This document shows, in pieces, positions 10,851-22,790 of a stretch of 64,000 nucleotides of DNA (positions are counted from its first letter, which is position 1; each line of letters begins with the position of its first letter). The position numbers were made by a program, and so were the translations under genes. The notes beneath the pieces are model-generated. The model did no database searches. It saw only the letters and a list, made by a program, of their open reading frames with translations, and had not been told where the DNA came from. This DNA is from Antedon mediterranea (lineage: Eukaryota > Animalia > Echinodermata), in assembly GCF_964355755.1 (NCBI RefSeq), contig NC_092680.1, forward strand, positions 4,960,001 through 5,024,000, written 5' to 3'.

Positions 10851-12552
10851 AACTAAAAATTGCTAAAACAATTCCTGAGTATAAAAAAGGAGCAAGAGAG
10901 AAAATAGAAAATTATAGACCGATATCGATATTACCATGTATATCTAAGGTATTTGAAAGGGTCGTATATGACCAAACAATCGCTTTTTTGTGTAAATATG
11001 ATATGTTACATGAATCTCAATATGGATTCAGGGCAGGTCATTCAACTAACCACGCCCTCCTACAAGTCCTTGATAAAATAACAACAGCCGTTGACAACAA
11101 GCAATTTATGATTGGCGTATTTTTGGATTTATCCAAGGCGTTCGATTCGATAGATCATAAATTATTGCTCACAAAATTGCCCCATTATGGAATAAGAGGC
11201 GTGGTTCTTGATTGGTACCGAAGCTACCTTAGAGAAAGACAACAATTCGTACAAATTTGGAAGTGTCAGTCTGTAACCAAAATAATAAAACAAGGCGTTC
11301 CACAAGGGTCAATCCTTGGACCCCTGCTGTTTTTGATTTTCATAAATGACATGTTTTCTGTAAGTAATGTCGTTGATTTAATAATGTTTGCAGATGATAC
11401 GAATATGTTTTTACAACACAATGATATCGTCACTGCCTTTACAATAATGACAAATGAACTAAATAAAATTGAGAAATGGTGTAAAACTAATAGATTAACT
11501 ATTAATACAACCAAGACTACGTATATGTTATTTAGTGGAAAGAATACCAACATTGACACATCCCAATTTGTACTTTCAATAAATAGAGTTTCAATAGATA
11601 GAGTACCATATACTAAATTTCTCGGTGTCATCATTGATGAGAAACTGAACTTTAGACACCATACAAATGCAGTTTCTTGTAAAGCATCCTCAATAATTGG
11701 TGCCATGTGTCATATAAAAAAAATTAATATCTACTGAAGTGTTACTTACCATATACAAGACACTTATATTACCAGTGTTGACATATGGTATTATTGTATG
11801 GGGTGCGGGAAACAAAGACAATTTGGATCGCCTTCTATTGCTTCAGAAAAAAGCTCTTAGGATCATTTGTAAGGTAGACTTTCATCATCCCTCTTCTCAG
11901 CTCTTTGTGAAAACGGGCACATTTAATATATTTGATTTGTATAAAAACAGTGTTTTAAATTTTATGTTTAAATACCAAAAAGGACAACTTCCAAAATGTT
12001 TTAATTCTTTATTCAGTTTATTTGATAATTATCATACAGTACATATAACACTCGAAATAAAGACAATTATTGTATAAAATTAAAATCAACTAATATGGGT
12101 CAGCAAAGTATAGCATATAGAGGACCTCAGCTATGGAATCAACTTATAAGAAATATAAGAGAGAGTGAAAATATATCAATATTTAAAAAACTATTACTAA
12201 ATAAATGCATTAATAGTTATAAAGAAACAATATATCTTTGCGAAAACAACATTTGTAAAATATGTCTAACTTTAACTTAATTAATTACATGTTCGTATAT
12301 ATTCTGAGACTGATGTATATATATATATATTATATTATAGTACGTTGTATTTTCCTTCATTTATTTACTACATGAAAACATTTTTGTAATATATTTGTAA
12401 ATTTATATTTTAAGTTAGGGTGCCACAGATTAAAAGCTTTGCTTGCTTGTGGTTATCCTGTTTTTCACACTTTAATGTACTTAATCTTTTATTTATATTT
12501 TTATGAATGTTGTGTGAAAAATAAAAGAATCAATCAATCAATCAATCAAAAA
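10851..12552 (+). mobile_element. 5'-truncated, frameshifted LINE (CR1/L2/Crack-like) with reverse transcriptase
   Basis: NYRPISILP, QYGFR, FLDLSKAFD, GVPQGSILGPLLF, FADDT, KFLGVIID motifs; frameshifts near 11730 and 12050; 3' end AATAAAAG(AATC)n. Confidence 0.92.
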
Positions 12553-13312
12553 AACCCACTTTGGAAAGTCTTGCTGTACTGTAACCTCATTTGGAAGACA
12601 TCCGAAGTTGACGGTTTCTTTTTTATACAATAAAGATAGAATAATATTGATTGATAATTTGGAGACCATCAATGTCATTACTTCGATCAATCATTTAACA
12701 CTTGATGTCAACAAAATTATTACGAATTATATCCTAATACTGTACTATTATTCAGAACTGTATTACACTAATTAAGTTTTAATTGTTGATTAAAAAAATT
12801 GGAAAACATGATTAAATGCAATGATGACTTTGATGTCATATCAAGTTAAATCATATCACTGCTGGTTTTGATTGATTGGTGTAAGTACGCAGACAGAAGG
12901 TAATTTGAACTGTTTGATTATCACTGATATCAGATAATTTACATACAAGTTGTAATAACGTACCTGAGCTGTTGTGGTGAAATCAAGAAGCTGCCAGGAG
13001 AAAAGACTTCAAAAAAGTCAGCAGTTCCATAATTCATACGAATTCAAAGCCAAGTAAGAATGTTGGTTCGTTTTGTGAGGTTGTATGGAATTAAGAAACA
13101 GGAACTTTTTGTTTGTTAAACGTGACCGATCTAAACACTGTTGGGGTAATGCGATTACAGGTGGCATAGCTGCCGTCTCACTTGGTGGACAATGACAGAG
13201 TTTTAGTTACTGAATGTACAATTTTTTCTATAAAAAAAAACTAAATCGTAAATAGACACTCAGCGATAACTATGTAATAGATTAAGTAGCATTAGATGTA
13301 TTTGAACGCGCA

Positions 13313-14146
13313 ATGGAAAACACTACCAGATGTGTGGATGGAAATATAAACCGCACAGATGATCCACTAGTTACCAAACCATATATATTCTATATACACC
13401 ATTTCATCAATGTCTTGTCTGTGCTGTCATTTCTGTCAAATATATCGGTTGTAGTTTTGATAGCTGCTGCAAAAAGGCTTCACAAAAAGCACAACATATT
13501 TGTGAGTTGTCTAGCGTTTTTCGACGCCTTGAACTCTATGTACATTTTGTGGTTTAACGAATTTAACTACACTTCCTACGGTCGTTTAATTTATCAAATT
13601 GGATTTTCAGCAACTTTAATATCAGTTTGTTTGATATCATGTATCGCAGTGGATTGTTATATAGCACTTGTAGGAGCACCACTTAAATATCACATTATTG
13701 TTACTACTAAACGATGTGTGTTCGTCGTTATTATTGTGATAGTTACTCAGGTAGCTTTTTGTTATTTCATTGATAATGTAGGATGTATAGCCTGCTTTGT
13801 TTTTAAAGTATTAGTTTACATATTTCTAAATACATTGCTGTATATAACAATTTATATTCGTATTCTGTTTCAAAGAAGACAACTGCGCATGTCAACAAAT
13901 GCCGCCAAGAGTAACAAGATGCTGACGACATTTATAATTATCACAGGGGTACTGATTTTAACTTGGGTACCAGCTTCTGTCGGTTACATTCTAATTCACA
14001 ATTGTTATTTGTTTCATGAGAATGTGTTAATCATTTTTGGATGCGATTTCTTGCAAATTTGTAACTCAATTGTAAATCCAATTATTTACATTTTCAGACT
14101 TGATGAATTTAGAAAGGCCCTACAAGAAATAAGAAAGTGTATTTAG
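13313..14146 (+). CDS. Class A orphan GPCR (DCY), mosaic of neighbours
   Basis: 277 aa; AVDCY, PLKYH, TWVP, NPIIY, FRKA. Confidence 0.92.
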   Translation: MENTTRCVDGNINRTDDPLVTKPYIFYIHHFINVLSVLSFLSNISVVVLIAAAKRLHKKHNIFVSCLAFFDALNSMYILWFNEFNYTSYGRLIYQIGFSATLISVCLISCIAVDCYIALVGAPLKYHIIVTTKRCVFVVIIVIVTQVAFCYFIDNVGCIACFVFKVLVYIFLNTLLYITIYIRILFQRRQLRMSTNAAKSNKMLTTFIIITGVLILTWVPASVGYILIHNCYLFHENVLIIFGCDFLQICNSIVNPIIYIFRLDEFRKALQEIRKCI

Positions 14147-14960
14147 CTAAAATTAATTATGGTCATTCTGTATTTGACCGCGACCTTTCATTCCTGTACC
14201 GTTTTATAATTAATCTTATAAGGTTAATAAGTTTATGTTTTGTTAAAATGTATTTTATTATTGTATCCAATTTGTGAGCAGTATTCGTAGTGATTGGCGT
14301 TTATGTGGAAGAGTACATTCAACAAATTACTTTAAAACGAATCATTAATTTACATGAACACTAATTTAAACATTCGAAAATCCAATCGATACGGCCTATT
14401 GATACATTATGCAGGTAGAATGGTATGGATTCAGAACGGTGACTTGAACTGTGTATTTTTACCTAATCGTTTTCTACTCACTCTCTAAGCTGAGACTTAT
14501 TTGTTTTATACAATTTCAATGTTGTTGGTCAGCCTTGCAAAGTCATTGTTAGCGCAAAATTCTGAATGCATTATTACAGGAAATTTTATAAAAGTAATCA
14601 TTAACAAGATTTTTGCCAAGATTTCAGTGACTTGAATAGACAAACACAACAACCTTATATTTACCTAATGTACGGTTACTTTTTCATACAATCAAGATAG
14701 ATTAATATTGACTTATAATTTGGAAACCATCAATGTCATTTTTTACTGCTAGGTACTTCGATCAATCATTTAACATTTGGTGTCAAAAACATTATGAATA
14801 TTAATATCATAATTATTATCATTCAGAACTCTATACTATTAAGTATGGTTTTTTTTTATTATATCTTGTTTGATTTGAAAATTGTCAAAGAAGAATGATA
14901 ATAAATGGGGTAATAAAAACATGAACAACATTATTCAATGTAATGAAGCATTTTATTTGA

Positions 14961-15719
14961 GATCAGACTACTGGTGCGTGTTGGATCAGACTCCTGGTGC
15001 GTGTTGGATCAGACTCCTGGTGCGTGTTGGATCAGACTACTGGTGCGTGTTGGATCAGACTACTGGTGCGTGTTGGATCAGACTACTGGTGCGTGTTGGA
15101 TCAGACTCCTGGTGCGTGTTGGATCAGACTCCTGGTGCGTGTTGGATCAGACTCCTGGTGCGTGTTGGATCAGACTACTGGTGCGTGTTGGATCAGACTA
15201 CTGGTGCGTGTTGGATCAGACTCCTGGTGCGTGTTGGATCAGACTCCTGGTGCGTGTTGGATCAGACTACTGGTGCGTGTTGGATCTGACTCCTGGTGCG
15301 TGTTGGATCAGACTACTGGTGCGTGTTGGATCAGACTACTGGTGCGTGTTGGATCAGACTACTGGTGCGTGTTGGATCAGACTCCTGGTGCGTGTTGGAT
15401 CAGACTCCTGGTGCGTGTTGGATCTGACTCCTGGTGCGTGTTGGATCAGACTACTGGTGCGTGTTGGATCAGACTACTGGTGCGTGTTGGATCAGACTAC
15501 TGGTGCGTGTTGGATCTGACTCCTGGTGCGTGTTGGATCAGACTACTGGTGCGTGTTGGATCAGACTACTGGTGCGTGTTGGATCTGACTCCTGGTGCGT
15601 GTTGGATCAGACTACTGGTGCGTGTTGGATCAGACTACTGGTGCGTGTTGGATCAGACTCCTGGTGCGTGTTGGATCAGACTACTGGTGCGTGTTGGATC
15701 AGACTCCTGGTGCGTGTTG
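14961..15719. repeat. 23-bp minisatellite, 33 units (GATCAGACT[A/C]CTGGTGCGTGTTG)
   Basis: 759 bp = 33 x 23; only two variable sites (TAC/TCC, CAG/CTG). Confidence 0.97.
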
Positions 15720-16295
15720 ATTGAAGTAAACAGAAGAGCAAAATCATTCCAACAATTTGATTGTCAAAAATATCAGATCATTTACATACATTTAATAAAC
15801 AAGTAACGACGTACCTGGTGTTGTAAGAAACAGAGCCAAATGAAGAATGTTCGTTCGTTTTGCCAGTGTGAGATTGTATGGAATTTAAGACAGTGAGAAC
15901 TTTCATTTAAACGCGACCGATTTAAACACTGATGTGGTAAATGTGATTACGGATGACATAGCCGCAGTCTGTCTCACTTGGACAACTGCACTGTTTTAGT
16001 TACCTAACGTACCTTTACACATTTACAATACAATATCGTAAATACACTCGACTATTGAATTAGTTAGAAATAATTCTGTAGATATTAGGCACGTTCTTTC
16101 TATTTCAAATGGTTGGGCTAGATTACAATCAGTAGGCCTATTATCACGACGGGTGTTATCTTGAACTATTGTACCAATAGACAAAATGCATATTTTCTAT
16201 TAGCGAAGAGCGAGCCATATCTAGACTGTATTTCTGAAGAATTGTATTTATTTTTCGAAAATACCTTTCAAATTGGAGTGTACTGATTTGTAAAA

Positions 16296-17183
16296 ATGAC
16301 AGGTTACGAGCAGCTGGATATGATCTACGTGAGCGGTAATGGAAGTTGTTGGAACGCTGCAATTATACAAGAAACGCTTAAGACAAATCGTTACTTATAT
16401 TATATACAACAATGTGTTTATGCACTGTGTGTATTTTCATTCTTTTTAAACATTTCTGTTGTAGTTCTGATAAGGGTCTCAAAAAGACTTCACAATAAAC
16501 GAAACATATTTGGGAGTTGTTTAGCCCTGGCAGATGCAACAAACTCTGTCTATCTTTACTTCTTGAGCGGACTACATGCTGTAGATATGCATGTATTTGT
16601 TTGGATTATACAGATGGAATATTCATCGAACTTAGTATCAGTTTGTTTCATAGCATGTATCGCAGTGGATTGTTATATAGTGCTTGTAGGAGCCCCACTT
16701 AAATACCATATTATTGTTACTACTAAAAGATGTGTGCTCGTTGTTATTATTGTTATAATATCAAATTTAATATTTGGTTTTATCGTTTCTATAATTTGCT
16801 TTGGTTGTTTTGTTGGTTTGGTAGGCATGTATATTATACTCAACACTATTGTATATATAATTATTTACATTCGTATTCAGCTTAAGAAACTGACTCTAGC
16901 AAGAAGTAGGAACAGTTATAGTACTGGAAAAATGCTGAGAACATTTTGTATCATTACAGGCTTCTTGTTCGTAACATGGATACTAGCATGTATAGGTGGA
17001 TTAGTTTTTCTTGACAATGCTTGCAATGTACAAGAATATGATAATGTACTGCTAGCGTATTTTATCTCTATTTCGTTGGTAGTTTGTAATTCTCTTGCAA
17101 GTCCGATCTTGTATGTGTTTAGACTGAATGAGTTTAGAAAAGCTATTAGAGAAATATGTTGTTTGAACAAACTTTGTCGATGA
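16296..17183 (+). CDS. Class A orphan GPCR (DCY; SPILY in place of NPxxY); recent duplicate of 18325-19215
   Basis: 295 aa 7TM; CDS and ~220 bp upstream are highly similar to the next gene. Confidence 0.9.
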   Translation: MTGYEQLDMIYVSGNGSCWNAAIIQETLKTNRYLYYIQQCVYALCVFSFFLNISVVVLIRVSKRLHNKRNIFGSCLALADATNSVYLYFLSGLHAVDMHVFVWIIQMEYSSNLVSVCFIACIAVDCYIVLVGAPLKYHIIVTTKRCVLVVIIVIISNLIFGFIVSIICFGCFVGLVGMYIILNTIVYIIIYIRIQLKKLTLARSRNSYSTGKMLRTFCIITGFLFVTWILACIGGLVFLDNACNVQEYDNVLLAYFISISLVVCNSLASPILYVFRLNEFRKAIREICCLNKLCR

Positions 17184-17510
17184 AAATATTGATTGTTTAA
17201 TGTGGGTATTTTTTTTAAATATTGTCTGCTACAATTTTAATAAAATATTTTGAAGTAAATAATATTTTGAAAGATTTCATTTTGGAAAAAGAATTTGACA
17301 GGAAAAGAATAACACATCAGCTTTTATGGTTCTATTTATGTATTATGACATTTTAAAAGCTGCATTACTTACAAAATTAGTTTTATATACAATAACAAAA
17401 TAGACAATATTTAACGATGATAACATTTCTTTTTTGAAAAAGCTATAGTGTAACGGAGTACAGTACTTAATTATGAAAAGAAATACTAAATTAAAGTGTA
17501 CATTATTACA

Positions 17511-17603
17511 GTGGCGTGTGATGTCAACACGGTAATATAATGTCAACAACTTGATTGAAACCAATCTTGCAACATTACGTGGTCTGGTGTGATTCGTTTA
17601 GAT
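17511..17603 (+). promoter_or_regulatory. Conserved upstream module (copy for the gene at 18325)
   Basis: GGCGTGTGATGTCA...AATGTCAAC...AAACCAATCT...TTACGT...GTGATTCGTTTAGAT, aligning with modules before the other paralogues. Confidence 0.55.
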
Positions 17604-17691
17604 TTTTTTCATATCAACTAAAATCCACAATTAGAATTGCGAGGTTTATCAACAATGTATGCCCAGTACACTATAATTCTGTAGATATTAG

Positions 17692-18108
17692 CAAAGAATA
17701 TAAATAGGTAAAGAATCAACAGTACGCGCTGTTATACATAGAAGGAAAGGAAACGCGGACGCTTATTCATGGACGCGTAAGAATCCAGCAGCCGAACGAC
17801 GGCGGGCTCTAGATATGGTTCCCGTCTAATCCCACGTTTCGATGGATCGTGATGATCTGATGTGTTCTCGCGTCTGTGCTCTACTAATTTTGATATTATT
17901 AATATTTTGATAATCATTTTGATAAATAATCATCGTTTGCATTTTTATAGATATTTACAATAAAAGTTTTATCTTACCCACGCCTGAAGGTGGCGCACTT
18001 CTTCTAGTGAAAAGGAAATGCGCCACCTTCAGGCGTAGGCAGATAGTAACCCGGATGTGGTTTACACCGCCAACGGAACTGTTGTATCTTCTCCTTTTAT
18101 TATCTTTG
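17692..18108. mobile_element. 417-bp non-autonomous DNA transposon (P-superfamily-like), 7-bp TSD
   Basis: Ends CAAAGA...TCTTTG (imperfect TIR), TSD ATATTAG on both sides; the empty site is visible in the paralogous upstream region at about 16081-16092; internal GC-rich hairpin at 17977-18039. Confidence 0.82.
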
Positions 18109-18324
18109 ATATTAGACACGTTCTTTCTATTTCAAATGGTTTGGCTAGATTACAATCAGTAAGCTTATTAACCCCGAATGGACTTTTCTTGAACTATTAT
18201 ATCCATAGACAAAATGCATATTTTCTATTAGCGAAGAGTTACCCATATATAGACTGTATTTCTGAAGAATTGTATTTCTTTTGTCGAAAATACAATTCAA
18301 ATTGGAGTGTACTGAATTGTAAAA

Positions 18325-19215
18325 ATGCCAGGTTACGAGCAGCTGGATATGATCTACGTGAGCGGTAATGGAAGTTGTTGGGACGCTGCAATTATACAAG
18401 AAACGCTTAAGACAAATCGTTACTTATATTATATACAGCAATGTGTTTATGCACTGTGTGTATTTTCATTCCTTTTAAACATTTCTGTTGTAGTTCTGAT
18501 AAGTGTCTCTAAAAGACTTCACAATAAACGAAACATATTTGTGCGTTGTTTAGCCCTGGCAGATGCAACCAACTCTGTCTATCTTTACTTCTTGAACGGA
18601 CTACATGCTGTAGATACGCATGTATTTGTTTGGATTATACAGATGGGATATTCATCGAACTTAATATCAGTTTGTTTCATTGCATGTATCGCAGTGGATT
18701 GTTATATAGCGCTTGTAGGAGCACCACTTAAATACCATATTATTGTTACTACTAAAAGATGTGTGCTCGTTGTTATTATTGTTATAATACCAAATTTAGT
18801 ATTTGGTTTTATCGTTTCTATAATTTGCTTTGGTTGTTTTGTTGGTTTGGTAGGCATGTATATTATACTCAACACTATTGTATATATAATTATATACATT
18901 CGTATTCAGAGTCAGTTTAAGAAAATGACTGTAGCAAGAAGTAGGAACAGTTATAGTACTGGAAAAATGCTGAGAACATTTTGCATTATCACAGGTTTCT
19001 CGTTGATAACATGGATACTAGCATGTATAGACGCAGCTTTGCTTGACAATGCTTGTGATTTACAAGTATATGATTATACGCTACTAGCTTTTTATATCTC
19101 TGTTGTATTGGTACTCAGCAATTCTCTTGCAAACCCGATCTTGTACGTGTTTAGAATGAAGGAGTTTAGAAAAGCTATAAGAGAAATATTTTGTTTGAAC
19201 AAACAGTTTCGATGA
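18325..19215 (+). CDS. Class A orphan GPCR (DCY)
   Basis: 296 aa; LALAD, AVDCY, PLKYH, NPILY, FRKA. Confidence 0.92.
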   Translation: MPGYEQLDMIYVSGNGSCWDAAIIQETLKTNRYLYYIQQCVYALCVFSFLLNISVVVLISVSKRLHNKRNIFVRCLALADATNSVYLYFLNGLHAVDTHVFVWIIQMGYSSNLISVCFIACIAVDCYIALVGAPLKYHIIVTTKRCVLVVIIVIIPNLVFGFIVSIICFGCFVGLVGMYIILNTIVYIIIYIRIQSQFKKMTVARSRNSYSTGKMLRTFCIITGFSLITWILACIDAALLDNACDLQVYDYTLLAFYISVVLVLSNSLANPILYVFRMKEFRKAIREIFCLNKQFR

Positions 19216-19401
19216 AAGTAATGATTGTTAGTTTATTGTTTGTATTTTAAAAATATATTTTGTGCTACATTTGAATTGAATATTTGAATTTTACAGAAAA
19301 ATAGGTTTATGGTTATATTTATGTACTAACATTTTAAACGCTGCCTGACATTGAAAGTTTACTTAGTATACAATAACACAATATTAATAGAATATTACTA
19401 A

Positions 19402-19546
19402 AGCTCTGTCTACACTATCAAACTTTATGTGACAAAAAAAAAGGTGTGATGTGCCCAAATATGGACATGATGATGTCATAACACTACCATATTTAAGCAT
19501 ATTACTACCATATTTGGGCACTCACACTTTTTTTCTAATGAAACTT
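19402..19546. mobile_element. MITE family A, copy 2 (one TIR lost)
   Basis: Begins AGCTCTGTCTACACTATCAAACT; internal GTGATGTGCCCAAATATGG motifs. Confidence 0.8.
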
Positions 19547-21197
19547 TGTATATTTATTCAGTATATTGTTTTTGTTCTGTATCTCATTAATTTTTCAATT
19601 GTATTAAAAGTCAGTGTTATTTTTCATTGTTGATTGGCTGTACTTACAAATATTTACTATTCTACATCTATTATTATTATTATTCACTATCATTATTGTA
19701 AATAATCACTGTAAATAATCACTTTTATAATTAATATTGGTTTTTTTTGTGTGTGTAAATGATGGTTAGTTCTGTACTACACTTTAATATGGTTATTGTT
19801 GTTATAACTAAAACATTATTATGATTGAATAAAGTTCACAAGAAACTAACCACCAATTTCATTATTAACTGCTACTCTCTTCATCGATCATTCAGCAAAA
19901 TAATAGTAATATAGAAAACTTAGTAATTAAAGAATTATATTGGTTGATGATTTCTATATGTTATCGTCAATGCAACTTCAATTTATTTACAAATTCGTAT
20001 TTGCAAATTTCATATGAGAAAATAAAGGAAGAAAAACAATGTTGAATATAATGGTGATTTTTAATTCATATCGTGTAGAATCCGAAGAATTGAAATGTTA
20101 GTAGCCTAGCAAACCATTACCTTTCCATTCAAGAGTTGGCCGTGTAGTTTTCAAGCATAATTTTACCTCGTTTCGCGGGAAGTGTGCCCTTCATTGGGGT
20201 GTCAAATTAGTGGTTCTACTTTAGGTCGGAGTCTGTATAGGCCTACTGTTGAGTGGATAAGTCGCATCTTTCAACGTTGTCTCTCTGAAAAAATAATTGT
20301 TTACATTTTTTGTTGAAAATTCCATTTTAATATCACATATTAGTTATCCACTTTAAACAAAAATTTAATCGATAAAAAAAACATTTACCTGAAAAACTGT
20401 AATTTAAAGCAATAAAATAGTCGAATTGGCTGTGAGCCAATAGGTTTTTAGATGAATTTGACCATTTATTTTGTCATTTTATATGAGAAAACATTTTTGT
20501 TTGCTTTTTTACGGAAGGGATTAACTCTATTAAAACTATAAAATAATCATTCAAAGTCTATTTTAATTAGTGTTCATTTTTCATGTTTTTGGGGGCAATA
20601 CATCTTTAAGAGTGTCGTCAATATCTCTGCCAGTACCAATTACTTTACGTGTTTAATTACTATTTCTGATTGATCTGAATAAACAAAATGGTAATAATTG
20701 TAACAGCTTCGTGACATTGATATTAGATCATTTACATACACTTAATAAACGTTTACACGGTAATCGTTAGCATTTGCATATTTAATCGTCAACACGTCAC
20801 GCAACGAAAAACTAGGACAAATTAATCAAGAAAATAATAAGTGAAGTCGAATTTTAAGTTCAGATTTTGTTTAGTTTCATCTTTAACTTTATTTCAGGAA
20901 ATAATTTCCAATATAAATAAATGCAATGAAAAAAACAACAAAACATATTATTTTTCTCTTACTTAGAGAACATGTGATGCACTTTGTATCTGACAAGTCA
21001 TTGTGGAAATTTACAAGCCTTACTAGAAGTCATAAATAAGCGATGTTCAGAATAAAGTCCTCATATAAGCACATGTTTGTTTTGGTGCAGATAAAATAAT
21101 GTTCCGTGATTTATTTCTTTTTAGTCATGCTACGGAGAGTTAGACCATACAATTACCATTCAAATTATGTTGCATACAATTTTAGTAATTTAAACAT

Positions 21198-21271
21198 GGG
21201 CGTGTGATTGATGTTTATCGTCACTCAATAAACATACGTAATTAAAATGGTTAGATGTGATCTGTTTAGAT
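21198..21271 (+). promoter_or_regulatory. Conserved upstream module (gene at 21625)
   Basis: GGGCGTGTGATTGATG...ATACGTAATTAAAATGGTTAG..GTGATCTGTTTAGAT. Confidence 0.55.
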
Positions 21272-21624
21272 TTGATACATCACGCGCAAGATTAAATTGA
21301 GTAAAGCGGCAACGAACAAGAGTAAGTTAAATTTACTTAATATTATTATTATACTTAATTATTATGAGAAACCGGTAATTCCTTTTAAAACCCACAACAA
21401 TGTTGAAAGTGTGTAGATATAAAGCAGGTTCCTTCTGGTACAATTGACAATTTAAATTCAATATTAACACTTATTAACGAAGGATATATGTTCACATTTA
21501 TTGAAATATTGTTATCTATTTTTTCTACTAAGGAAGTGCGAGGCATTTTGTTGTTTCCGAAGAATTATATTTTCTTTCGATCAACCTTTCAGATTGGAAT
21601 TTTAAAAGATACTAAACTGTAAGA

Positions 21625-22506
21625 ATGAAAGGGTTTGATCATCTAGATATAATGCATCTGAGCTCTAATGGAAGTTGTTGGGACGTTGCAAAAATACAAG
21701 AAACGCTTAAGAAAAATCGTTACTTATTTTATATACAACAATTTATTTATGCACTGTGTGTACTTTCTTTTCTTTTAAACATTTCCGTTGTAGTTCTGAT
21801 AGCTGTCTCAAAAAGACTTCACAATAAACGAAACATATTTGTGAGTGTTCTAGCCTTGACTGATGTGGTTAGTTCTGTCTATCTCTGCTTTATGAACGGA
21901 CTACACGCTGTAGATAAGAATATAATTCTATGGGTTATAAGAATTGGATATTCCTCAACTTTAATATCAGTTTGTTTCATAGCATGTATCGCAGTTAATT
22001 GTTATATAGCACTTGTAGGAGCACCACTTAAATATCATATTATTGTTACTACTAAAAGATGTGTACTCCTTGTTATCACTGTGATTATAACTCAGATTAT
22101 TTTTGCGTTTGTTGTCTCAATGATCTGCTTGGGTTGTTTTATTGGTTTGGCCGGAGTCTACGTGTTGGTCAACACTACTGTTTATATCATTATATACTTT
22201 CGTATTCAAAGTCAGCGTAAAAAACTGAACCTTTCAAGAAATAGAAACAACAACAGTAGCAAGATGCTGAGAACATTTTGTATTATCACAGGTGTAGTGT
22301 TGATAACATGGATACTAGCCGGTATAAACGCAGTTTTGTTTGCCAATTCTTGTGATTCTAGATTATATAAAAGTCTATTACTCAAATATTTTATCGCGTA
22401 TTTGTTGGTACTCATTAATTGTCTTGCAAATCCGATCTTGTATGTGTTTAGACTGAAGGAGTTTAGAAAAGCCATAAGAGAAATAAGTTTTTTGAACAAA
22501 CTTTGA
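21625..22506 (+). CDS. Class A orphan GPCR (NCY)
   Basis: 293 aa; AVNCY, PLKYH, NPILY, FRKA. Confidence 0.92.
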   Translation: MKGFDHLDIMHLSSNGSCWDVAKIQETLKKNRYLFYIQQFIYALCVLSFLLNISVVVLIAVSKRLHNKRNIFVSVLALTDVVSSVYLCFMNGLHAVDKNIILWVIRIGYSSTLISVCFIACIAVNCYIALVGAPLKYHIIVTTKRCVLLVITVIITQIIFAFVVSMICLGCFIGLAGVYVLVNTTVYIIIYFRIQSQRKKLNLSRNRNNNSSKMLRTFCIITGVVLITWILAGINAVLFANSCDSRLYKSLLLKYFIAYLLVLINCLANPILYVFRLKEFRKAIREISFLNKL

Positions 22507-22589
22507 CGATAAAGTATGAGTTTTGGTTTATTGTTTTTAATTGTCTATTTCATTTTTATAAAAGGAGATTTTTCTTTTCGAGATTTCAC

Positions 22590-22790
22590 CGATTAAGACT
22601 ACATCCTGTAAATGACATTTACCGTGTTGGTTTGGATTTAAACAATTGATTTGATATTCCTCAACCGACTATCAGTTTGTTTCATAGCTTGATAGCAGTG
22701 GATTGCTATATAGCTTGTCATGTTATGTTAGTGTTACTACTAAAACATTTGTAATCCTTGTTATCATTGTGATAATAACTCAGTTTGCTA
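22590..22790 (+). pseudogene. Decayed GPCR fragment (ECL1-TM4)
   Basis: GATATTCCTCAAC..TATCAGTTTGTTTCATAGC..GCAGTGGATTGCTATATAGC..TGTTACTACTAAAA.. matches the paralogue TM3-ICL2 tract, with indels. Confidence 0.75.

Noticed and set aside
10988-12280. Reverse transcriptase as part of a receptor-diversifying retroelement system
   Set aside because: Ordinary 5'-truncated, frameshifted LINE; no template/variable repeat pair or adenine-specific variation.
14882-15806. Long repetitive ORFs (WIRLLVRVGSD...) and a CRISPR-like appearance
   Set aside because: These are translations of a stop-poor 23-bp tandem repeat; there are no unique spacers, no cas genes, and the context is eukaryotic.
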